This document shows, piece by piece, positions 9,846-17,480 of a DNA stretch of 64,000 nt. The notes below the pieces were generated by a model. The model was not told where the DNA came from. It did no database searches and was given only the letters and a program-made list of their open reading frames with translations. The stretch is from Candidatus Woesearchaeota archaeon (GTDB lineage: Archaea; Nanobdellota; Nanobdellia; Woesearchaeales; SKIA01): NCBI GenBank assembly GCA_043771635.1, contig JAYVHA010000006.1:1668-65667 (forward strand), in the 5' to 3' direction. How positions within the stretch are numbered: the first letter of the stretch is position 1; each line of letters starts with the position of its first letter. The position numbers and the translations under genes are program-made.

Positions 9846-10115
9846 TTACTCAACCACCCATTTACCTTCTTTACGTCCGCCCACCCTCGAAAGCAAGTTA
9901 TCCCGCTTCAATTTGGTAAGATGATACTCTACACCTTTAGGCGTTAGTCCCGTCTCTACGGCGAGCTCTGCTGTTCTCATCACAGGGTTTTGCCTTAATA
10001 ATTCAAGAATTATTTCCCTAGTCTTTTCCCTAGTCTTTTCCCTAGTTTCTTGGGTAGTTGTCCGTTTAAATGTGGTTATAAACCAGTGTTCAATAATTGC
10101 GAATATTGAATGCAA
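9846..10115 (-). CDS. small winged-helix transcriptional regulator with N-terminal TREK tandem repeat
   Basis: 89-aa ORF with an HTH (RTAELAVETGLTPKGVEYHLTKLKRDNLL). The 12-nt tandem repeat at 10017-10049 encodes TREKTREKTRE. Confidence 0.55.
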   Translation of the reverse strand: MHSIFAIIEHWFITTFKRTTTQETREKTREKTREIILELLRQNPVMRTAELAVETGLTPKGVEYHLTKLKRDNLLSRVGGRKEGKWVVE

Positions 10116-10539
10116 CTTATCTGGTGCATATTCAGGTACATTGTATCCAAAATAAAAATAGCATGAATGAAATCCTCAACCATAGCAAAGCTACAGTAAA
10201 CCCTGAAAGAAAAGAATATTAATCATTTGCAGCGTTCGGCATATCAAAGAACGCTAAATAGAAAAAAACTTAGAATTCTAAATAACCTTCCTTATACGCC
10301 CAAACTAATAACAACCCAAATAATACTATAACTGCAATAAATACTCCTGCTAAAAGACCATTGTAAACTGAGTTCCATAAAATATTTACTGCCTGCTGAA
10401 TAGGGTCCATAGTTTGTTTCTCCGTGCCCCGCACAAGCTAATAGTGTCGTAAAAAACATATAAATGTTTCCAATATACCATATTCTAGCATATAAATTAA
10501 TTATTAACTTAAGGAGAGAAAGAACAAGTAGAAAAAAAA

Positions 10540-10625
10540 TGGCGCCACAGCCCGGATTTGAACCGGGGACTCCTTGCGGAACAGGATTAGCAATCCTGCG
10601 CAATACCAGGCTATGCGACTGTGGC
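10540..10625 (-). tRNA. tRNA-Ser (anticodon GCT), CCA encoded
   Basis: Reverse complement folds as a class II tRNA: acceptor GCCACAG/CTGTGGC, anticodon stem CAGGA/TCCTG with loop TTGCTAA (anticodon GCT), long variable arm TTCCGCAAGGAGTC, T-arm CCCGG-TTCAAAT-CCGGG, discriminator G followed by CCA. Confidence 0.85.
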
Positions 10626-10690
10626 AGATATCCTAGGACTTTCTCTGGAACGATAGTTTTTTTATAAAGGTTTTCGCAAAAAAAGACTTA

Positions 10691-12619
10691 ATGCACCTTC
10701 CCGAGCGGCTTTTTAGGCCCTCACAGCAACCAGTTCTTTCAGCGCGAGCCCTACTAGCAGCGTCAATAGCACTGCTAATTTTATGCCTTGTTTTACCATT
10801 GACCAACGCTGAGGAACTCGAAACGCCAGTAGACCTAATCGCAGGAGACTACCTTGACGCGATGGAGCTTGACGTGGAGGTGCGCGGCGACGCGAACATC
10901 ACATTAACTGGAACTGGCAAGGGAGAGGAGCTGAAAGCAACTGTTTCGTATGTGCCAGCCGCCGCAAAAGAAGTTACTGCAATTCCTGATCCTGTTTCTT
11001 TAGAGCCGTTAGTTTTTGTGTGGAACTCAGTGACTGCGGGCAAGTACGGTTACCGCTATGACGCAACAGTAACTAGTTTTGCAGACATTCCACGATTAAC
11101 CGAGCCAATTCCTTACCCTTTCACTGCGCCGCCCGACATCGCAGTTTTTCTGAAACCGCAAAAGTACACTGACACAAATCCGCAGATTCGCGCGCTTGCA
11201 ACTGAGCTTGTAGGTACTGAGAAAGACGCAACAAAAATAGTTTACAATCTGGCGGCATGGACGCGTACAAACGTTAAGTACGATCTTCAATCCATCGCAG
11301 CGGACGCAACAAAGTCTTCATCGTGGGTGTATGCAAACCGCGAAGGCGTGTGTGACGAGTTAACAGCGCTGTTCATCAGCCTCTCAAGAGAAGCAGGAAT
11401 ACCTGCAAGATTCGTAAGCGGCCTCGCGTACACAACTTTGCCAGAGTTCCCGCAACCGTGGCAAGCGCACGGCTGGGCAGAAGTTTGGCTGCCTGATCAT
11501 GGCTGGGTACCAGTCGACATTGCTTACGGCGAAGTATTCTGGCTTGACGCAGCGCACATTCCAATAACTCGAACTGCGGACGCGCGCGCAAGTGGCGCAG
11601 ACTACACTCTTCGCGCGCGCGGACTGACAATGCAGCCGAGTCCTCTCGGTACAGATGTTATTGTTACTGCTGAGCGCGGCTCCGTTGTTGAAAAATTAAC
11701 TGCGACGCTCAGCCCACAGTACTCAAAAACCGGCTCGCGCAGCGGTAACGTAATAATTGCGAGCGTCACGAATGCTGCGCCGTACACAATAGTCACGGAC
11801 GTGACGCTACTAACAACAGCGGAAACAGTACTTGAAGACGCGCGCAGCCAAATGGTTTTCATTCCTGCAGGAGCAACACGCCTAGTGAGATGGCGCGTAC
11901 AGATGGGCGAGTTTGACAAAGGCTACACATATACTGTGCCGTTCGGCATTGCCGTGCGGCGCGGCACAGGGGCGAACACCAAAGTTACTGGAACCGCGCA
12001 AGGAACTGTGTATCCAATGCCACTGCCGGACGACGCGGGCGAAACGGGCGGAAGCCTTGAAGTAATTTGCACTGAGCCGCCTGCGCTGTACACAGGCGAA
12101 ACAACGCACGTGTCTTGCACGGCGCACGGCGCAACTGTTTGCGCAGACAAGTGCTTGTTCGGCGCCGCGAATTTGTCGTTTACTGCCGGAGCGCCGGGCG
12201 CGTATCCACAAACAGTTAATGCGAGTGGGAACGGCGCGCGCGGTCACGCACTTGTAACTTTCATGGTAATTGAGCCGCCGAAACCAAACATTACTGTGAA
12301 CATTTCACCAATTTTTAGTATTGACGACGAAGCACTTCTGATGTTTTCCGTGCACTCGAGCGCTATGACTGATGTTACCGTGGTTGCGGAGAGCGGCTTA
12401 GTTACTCAGACATGGTCGCAGCCGGACCTGAGCGACAAGGACTTTGCTCTAAAATTCCCGGCTGCGCTTCTTAACGCAGGAGAGAATACTTTCAAAATTC
12501 GCGTCGAAGGCTCAGACAAAAATGGTAAGCGAGTATCTGCTACCGCAACTATAAACGCATCTCTGCCAGCGTCTCGTTGGGAGCGCATGCAGCTCTTCTT
12601 CATTCACCTATTCGCATAG
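10691..12619 (+). CDS. transglutaminase-like cysteine protease domain protein, membrane-anchored or secreted
   Basis: N-terminal TM/signal; transglutaminase core with catalytic Cys (REGVCDELTALFISLSREAGIPARFVSG) and His/Asp (HGWAEVWLPDHGWVPVD). Confidence 0.7.
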   Translation: MHLPERLFRPSQQPVLSARALLAASIALLILCLVLPLTNAEELETPVDLIAGDYLDAMELDVEVRGDANITLTGTGKGEELKATVSYVPAAAKEVTAIPDPVSLEPLVFVWNSVTAGKYGYRYDATVTSFADIPRLTEPIPYPFTAPPDIAVFLKPQKYTDTNPQIRALATELVGTEKDATKIVYNLAAWTRTNVKYDLQSIAADATKSSSWVYANREGVCDELTALFISLSREAGIPARFVSGLAYTTLPEFPQPWQAHGWAEVWLPDHGWVPVDIAYGEVFWLDAAHIPITRTADARASGADYTLRARGLTMQPSPLGTDVIVTAERGSVVEKLTATLSPQYSKTGSRSGNVIIASVTNAAPYTIVTDVTLLTTAETVLEDARSQMVFIPAGATRLVRWRVQMGEFDKGYTYTVPFGIAVRRGTGANTKVTGTAQGTVYPMPLPDDAGETGGSLEVICTEPPALYTGETTHVSCTAHGATVCADKCLFGAANLSFTAGAPGAYPQTVNASGNGARGHALVTFMVIEPPKPNITVNISPIFSIDDEALLMFSVHSSAMTDVTVVAESGLVTQTWSQPDLSDKDFALKFPAALLNAGENTFKIRVEGSDKNGKRVSATATINASLPASRWERMQLFFIHLFA

Positions 12620-12707
12620 CGTGTACCAGCGTTCTTCTAACTTTGCAATTCTGAACTAACTCGAATACCGACGCGCACTTTATATATCGCCCCGCCATCC
12701 AGTTGTC

Positions 12708-14759
12708 ATGGCAGGCAGAGCGCATCGAACCCCGGCAGATGAAGAATCATTCTCGCATAACGAGTCCGACGCGACAAGCCGCGGCGCGTTTGTAACCGAC
12801 ACTTCTGTTCTAATTGAAGGCATAGTTAGCAAACTTATTTTGAGCGGAGAAATTACTCCGGGCGCAATAATTATTCCAACGGCAGCAGTAGACGAGCTTG
12901 AGCATCAAGCGAACGCAGGACACGAAACAGGCCTACTCGGTCTTGACGAACTTCGGCGCCTAAGAACAGTTTGCCTTGAGCGAGACATTCCTCTTTTGTT
13001 CAAAGGCGCGCGCCCCGGTCAATTCGAAATTGATCACGCAAAAGACGGCGCAATTGACGACATGATTCGCCAGCTCGCGCTTGCCGAGGACGCGACCCTG
13101 CTTACTGCAGACCGCGTGCAAGCAACTGTTGCCGACGCAATCGGTTTGCCAACAAAACTAGTGCTTCTTGACTCAGGTAAAATGGGACCGATGCCGCTTG
13201 ATGAATTTTTCACGCTGGACAGCATGAGCGTCCACCTCAAAGAAGACGCAGAGTCCGTGCGCAAAGTAGGCAAACCAGGCGAATGGCGCTTCGAGAGTAT
13301 CGGCCGCAAACTTGACCGCCCAGCGGTGCAAGCCATTGCAAAAGCAATTGTCGAGCAAGCCGGTGCGCGCCGCGACTCCTACATTGAAACCGAGCGGCGC
13401 GGCTCAACAATTGTGCAACTCTCACGGTACCGCGTTGTTATTGCAAAGCCGCCGTTCGCAAGCGGCTGGGAAATTACTGCGGTGCGCCCAGTTAAGCAGT
13501 TAACGCTCGACGAGTACAATTTATCTGAGAAGCTACAAAGCCGCCTCGCGCTAAAAGCCGAAGGAGTGCTTATTGCGGGCGCGCCTGGTTCCGGCAAGTC
13601 AACCTTCGTGCAGGCGCTCGCCGCATTCTATGTCTCTCAAAATAAGATTGTGAAGACTGTAGAGGCGCCGCGCGACCTTATTGTCCCGCCGGAAGTCACG
13701 CAGTACAGCTTAAGCCACTCGTCAGGTGAAGAGATTCGCGACGTTCTTCTTCTCAACAGACCTGACTACACCGTCTTTGACGAGATGCGCAACACCGACC
13801 ACTTCACACTCTACACGGATCTTCGCTTGTCTGGCGTCGGAATGGTCGGAGTTGTTCACGCAACAAAACCAATTGACGCAATTCAAAGGTTCATGAGCCG
13901 CATTGAACTCGGCGTAATTCCGCACGTAGTTGATACAGTTATTTTTATTAAAGACGGTGGACCGAAGAAAGTGTTCACCGTAGAAATAATGGTCAAAGTG
14001 CCGAGCGGCATGACCGAAGAAGACCTCGCGCGTCCAATCGTTTGCATTAGCGACTTTGAATCCGGCAAACTCGAATACGAAGTTTATACTTACGGCGAGC
14101 AAACAATGGTGATTCCAGTTGCAGACAAGCAAGCTGACAGCCCATTACTCAAGCTTGCAGCGCAGTCCGTAAAGGAATTCTTCTACCAGTACATTGACAA
14201 GCCGCAAGTTGAAATGGCGAGTGCAACGCGCGCAATTGTTTACGTTCCAAAAGGACAAGTTGCAATGCTTATCGGCACCGGCGGCTCGCGCATCCGCGAA
14301 ATCGAAGCAGAATTAGGTATTTCCGTCGATATTCGTGAGCGCAACACAGGCGGCGAATCTAGCGGCGGCCACGAGGGCGGCAAGAAGCACAAAAAAGACC
14401 GGGGAAAAGCGGTAGGCGCGGCCGCTAACCGCGCCGAACCGGATTTAGAATATACGCGCTTCGGCGATGATGCTGAGGAAGTTGCGGGACAGGGAGGTGG
14501 CGCAGTGCCACGCTCGCCGCCTGGCCGCGCAATAACATACGAGCTGGAATTCACGAAAAAAGCACTTGTAGCCCATCTGGACGCTAAGTACGCGGCGCAA
14601 GATGTCACGTTTTATGATGGTCTGCGGCCACTTGCAACCGGGACCGTGAACAAACGCGGCGAGATTCATTTTGAGCGCGAAGCGCCCCAAGCAGCGGCAA
14701 TTGGCTACGCCATGCGCCACGGCGAGCTGACCGTTCGAAGTATTCCTGAGCGAGACTAA
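12708..14759 (+). CDS. PIN-domain ATPase with KH domain (COG1855 / PilT-like family)
   Basis: N-terminal PIN-like region, Walker A VLIAGAPGSGKST, C-terminal KH-like segment (VYVPKGQVAMLIGTGGSRIREIEAELGISVD), then a Gly/Lys-rich disordered stretch. Confidence 0.7.
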   Translation: MAGRAHRTPADEESFSHNESDATSRGAFVTDTSVLIEGIVSKLILSGEITPGAIIIPTAAVDELEHQANAGHETGLLGLDELRRLRTVCLERDIPLLFKGARPGQFEIDHAKDGAIDDMIRQLALAEDATLLTADRVQATVADAIGLPTKLVLLDSGKMGPMPLDEFFTLDSMSVHLKEDAESVRKVGKPGEWRFESIGRKLDRPAVQAIAKAIVEQAGARRDSYIETERRGSTIVQLSRYRVVIAKPPFASGWEITAVRPVKQLTLDEYNLSEKLQSRLALKAEGVLIAGAPGSGKSTFVQALAAFYVSQNKIVKTVEAPRDLIVPPEVTQYSLSHSSGEEIRDVLLLNRPDYTVFDEMRNTDHFTLYTDLRLSGVGMVGVVHATKPIDAIQRFMSRIELGVIPHVVDTVIFIKDGGPKKVFTVEIMVKVPSGMTEEDLARPIVCISDFESGKLEYEVYTYGEQTMVIPVADKQADSPLLKLAAQSVKEFFYQYIDKPQVEMASATRAIVYVPKGQVAMLIGTGGSRIREIEAELGISVDIRERNTGGESSGGHEGGKKHKKDRGKAVGAAANRAEPDLEYTRFGDDAEEVAGQGGGAVPRSPPGRAITYELEFTKKALVAHLDAKYAAQDVTFYDGLRPLATGTVNKRGEIHFEREAPQAAAIGYAMRHGELTVRSIPERD

Positions 14760-14841
14760 TTATTCACTCATTCAGAGGTAATTTAATACCTCGTTTGCAG
14801 CAAAGATAAGCTATATATACGCCCCGTCTCGGTTTATATAC

Positions 14842-17451
14842 ATGAAGTGGTTCTCCGTCGGCATTCTGCTACTAGGCATGATTGGCGCAGTCAGCGCCCT
14901 CTCTGAGATTAATGTTGTCGTGTTTCCAGACATTCCAAACACTGTGTTCACTTACGACTTTATCTTTAGTAATTCGAACGCGTGTGGTGTTGTTCTGAAT
15001 GTATCGAGGAGCATAACTACAAACACTGTGGGTCGCGGCAACGCAACTCTGGATATTTCTGCTTTAACTAATCCGCCAGCATATCTTTGTACATACCGGG
15101 GCGGCATTCTTGTTAATACTCAAAGCTTAAACCCGAATGCATTCGCGTCAGGCAACGTTACAGCATCAAACGGCAGCGCTGGCTATCCAGCAATTTTTAC
15201 TTCGGCAACTAACCTCGCGTCTGGACTAATAAGCGCAAACATGATTACTTTAAGCGCAATTAATTCTAGTTTACTTAATACTACTAACGTCGGTACAAGC
15301 GGTCAACTGCTTGCACTAAACGCAAACCTAAACCAGTTTACTTGGGCTAATGGAGTTAGCTCGATACTAACTGATGCTATGTACGTCAATATTACTAACT
15401 TACAAACAAGTAACGCATCTACAAATGTAAGAATTGATACAATCAACACATCAATAGTTGGAACGCAAACAAACGTAACCGCGCTGCAAACTGTTCGAGA
15501 TGGAGTGTATGTTAACGTAACGGCGCTGCAAGGCGCGGGACCAGGCGTTTACTACTACCAAAACATCACCGACTTACAAATAAGCAACGCAAGCACCCAA
15601 ACAAGAATAAACACAGTAAACATAACAACACAAAACCTACTAACAACAAACAACACAATATTCGGACTAATACTAACACTAGGACAAAACGACACAAACC
15701 TAAACAACAGCATAAACGCAGTAAACACAAGAATAGATACAATAAACAGCACACTAGTAACAGTACAACAAAACATAACAGACCTACAAACAAGCAACGC
15801 AAGTACAAACACACGCATCAATACAATTAACTCAAGCAAAGGCAACGCGAGCCTCACCACGAACGGCACAGCAGGTTACCTCGCGCGCATAACATCAGGC
15901 AGCAATCTAAACAACAGCGCACTCTTTGACAATGGCACCGCAATTAGTTTAAACAATACAGTGCCAACACAACTTTTCGACGTGCAAGGAAACGCAAACA
16001 TAACTCGAATATATACAAACACACTTTGCTTAGGAGGCAATTGCTTACCTGCCGTTGGAAACGCATCAATAACCACAAACGCGACAGCAGGGTACCTAGC
16101 ACGAATTACTAACGGATCAAACATTAACAACAGCGCACTATTCGACAACGGAACAGCAATAAGCCTAAACAGCACAGTACCAACACAACTATTCGACGTG
16201 CAAGGCAACGCGAACATAACTCGAATATATACAACATCGCTCTGCCTTAGAGGAATGTGCTATAACCATACACTAGGGAATATTAGTAGCATGAACGGCA
16301 CAGCTGGCTGGCCGGCAGTTTTCACCAACTCTACAAACATCAACGCAAGCCTCATTACGTCTGAGATGGTGTCCTTGCACACACTTAATTCTACAACAAT
16401 TAATACAACGACAAACGGTACTGTCCGAGGACAGCGCTTAACACTCGGCGCAAACTTTGGACAATTCGAATGGAGAGATCCTGTCAACATCACAATTATT
16501 ACAGCAACAGGCGCTACAAATTGGAATAAACCTATCGGAGCAAACTTCACTGCAGTTTTCATCTGCGGCGGAGGCGGAAGTGGCGGAGGCGGAAGCACAG
16601 CTAACCAAAATCAGGTTCGTAGCGGAGGAGGCGGAGGCGGAGGCGCCATGTGCGTCACGAAAACGTTCAACATCGCTGATCTCACCGACCCTGTTGTTGT
16701 AACAATTGGAGCCGGCGGAGCCGCTGTTGCTGCTGCCATAGATGGTAGCTTCGGCGCGTCCTCGACTTTCGGTGGCCCCATTACTGCATTTGGCGGAGGA
16801 GGAGGTGCTGCTAACGCCGCAGGAGCAGGAGGAGGAGGAGGAGGAGGTTGCGCAACACGAGGAACCAGTGCGACCACAAACACAGGTGCCACGGGCGGCG
16901 CGTGCATGATTGCTGCCGTAGCGGCGAATACCGCATCCGTGCACGGCGGTGGAGCAGGAGGAGGAACCGCAGGAGTCGGCGTCGTCACCGGACCAATGGC
17001 ATGGCTTGCAGGCGCAGGCGGCGGAACCGCTGCTACAACCGGATTAGTTAATGGCGGTGCAGGCGGCGGTTCACAATATAGTGCTGCAGGTGGAGGAGGT
17101 GGAGGAGGAGTGGATGGAGCAACACCAGGAACCGTACGCGACGGCGGAGCCGGAGGGGACTCAGGCGCTGAAGTCATCGCCGCAGGAGGCGGAGGAACTG
17201 CGGGAACAGGAGCAGGCGCTTGCGGCGGAGTAGGAGATGGCCAAGTTGGAGCTACAGGTTACTTTGGAGTCGGCGGTAAAGGAGGAGGCGGAGGAGGATC
17301 TAAATCAGCACTCGCTACAAACGGTTGCACTGGTGGAGCCGGCGGAGCTTTCGGAGGAGGTGGAGGCGGAGGAGGAGGAGGAACCAACGCTGGAGTCGGT
17401 GGCGCAGGTGCTAAAGGAGGCGATGGTGGAGCAATTATAATATCATGGTAA
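14842..17451 (+). CDS. secreted Asn/Thr-rich repeat protein with poly-glycine C-terminal region of about 330 aa
   Basis: Signal peptide (MKWFSVGILLLGMIGAVSA). Tandem NITDLQTSNASTN(V/T)RI(D/N)TIN repeats. A duplicated module of about 55 aa (NGTAGYLARIT.GSN.NNSALFDNGTAISLN.TVPTQLFDVQGNANITRIYT). The C-terminus is over 50% Gly (GGN codon runs 16560-17400). Confidence 0.6.
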   Translation: MKWFSVGILLLGMIGAVSALSEINVVVFPDIPNTVFTYDFIFSNSNACGVVLNVSRSITTNTVGRGNATLDISALTNPPAYLCTYRGGILVNTQSLNPNAFASGNVTASNGSAGYPAIFTSATNLASGLISANMITLSAINSSLLNTTNVGTSGQLLALNANLNQFTWANGVSSILTDAMYVNITNLQTSNASTNVRIDTINTSIVGTQTNVTALQTVRDGVYVNVTALQGAGPGVYYYQNITDLQISNASTQTRINTVNITTQNLLTTNNTIFGLILTLGQNDTNLNNSINAVNTRIDTINSTLVTVQQNITDLQTSNASTNTRINTINSSKGNASLTTNGTAGYLARITSGSNLNNSALFDNGTAISLNNTVPTQLFDVQGNANITRIYTNTLCLGGNCLPAVGNASITTNATAGYLARITNGSNINNSALFDNGTAISLNSTVPTQLFDVQGNANITRIYTTSLCLRGMCYNHTLGNISSMNGTAGWPAVFTNSTNINASLITSEMVSLHTLNSTTINTTTNGTVRGQRLTLGANFGQFEWRDPVNITIITATGATNWNKPIGANFTAVFICGGGGSGGGGSTANQNQVRSGGGGGGGAMCVTKTFNIADLTDPVVVTIGAGGAAVAAAIDGSFGASSTFGGPITAFGGGGGAANAAGAGGGGGGGCATRGTSATTNTGATGGACMIAAVAANTASVHGGGAGGGTAGVGVVTGPMAWLAGAGGGTAATTGLVNGGAGGGSQYSAAGGGGGGGVDGATPGTVRDGGAGGDSGAEVIAAGGGGTAGTGAGACGGVGDGQVGATGYFGVGGKGGGGGGSKSALATNGCTGGAGGAFGGGGGGGGGGTNAGVGGAGAKGGDGGAIIISW
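16560..17400 (+). repeat. GGN codon low-complexity tract (poly-Gly coding) inside 14842..17451
   Basis: Runs of ggaggaggaggagg/ggcggagg; the antisense frame yields a spurious poly-Pro ORF. Confidence 0.7.
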
Positions 17452-17480
17452 CGAACACGAACGACAGGCGGCTATGACCA

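Noticed and set aside
10292-10667. ORFs 10292..10603 (-) and 10464..10667 (+) overlapping the tRNA-Ser gene
   Set aside because: They overlap a well-folded tRNA and AT-rich non-coding sequence, have no motifs, and are spurious.
15555-16217. Cys/Leu-rich and Val/Phe-rich antisense ORFs (15555..15869, 15566..15814, 15876..16217)
   Set aside because: They are the antisense of the aca/aac-rich Asn/Thr repeat coding region and are not credible proteins.
16611-17177. 188-aa proline-rich ORF on the minus strand (PPPPPPPAP...)
   Set aside because: It is the antisense reading of the GGN poly-Gly coding tract of the 869-aa protein, so it is a compositional artefact.
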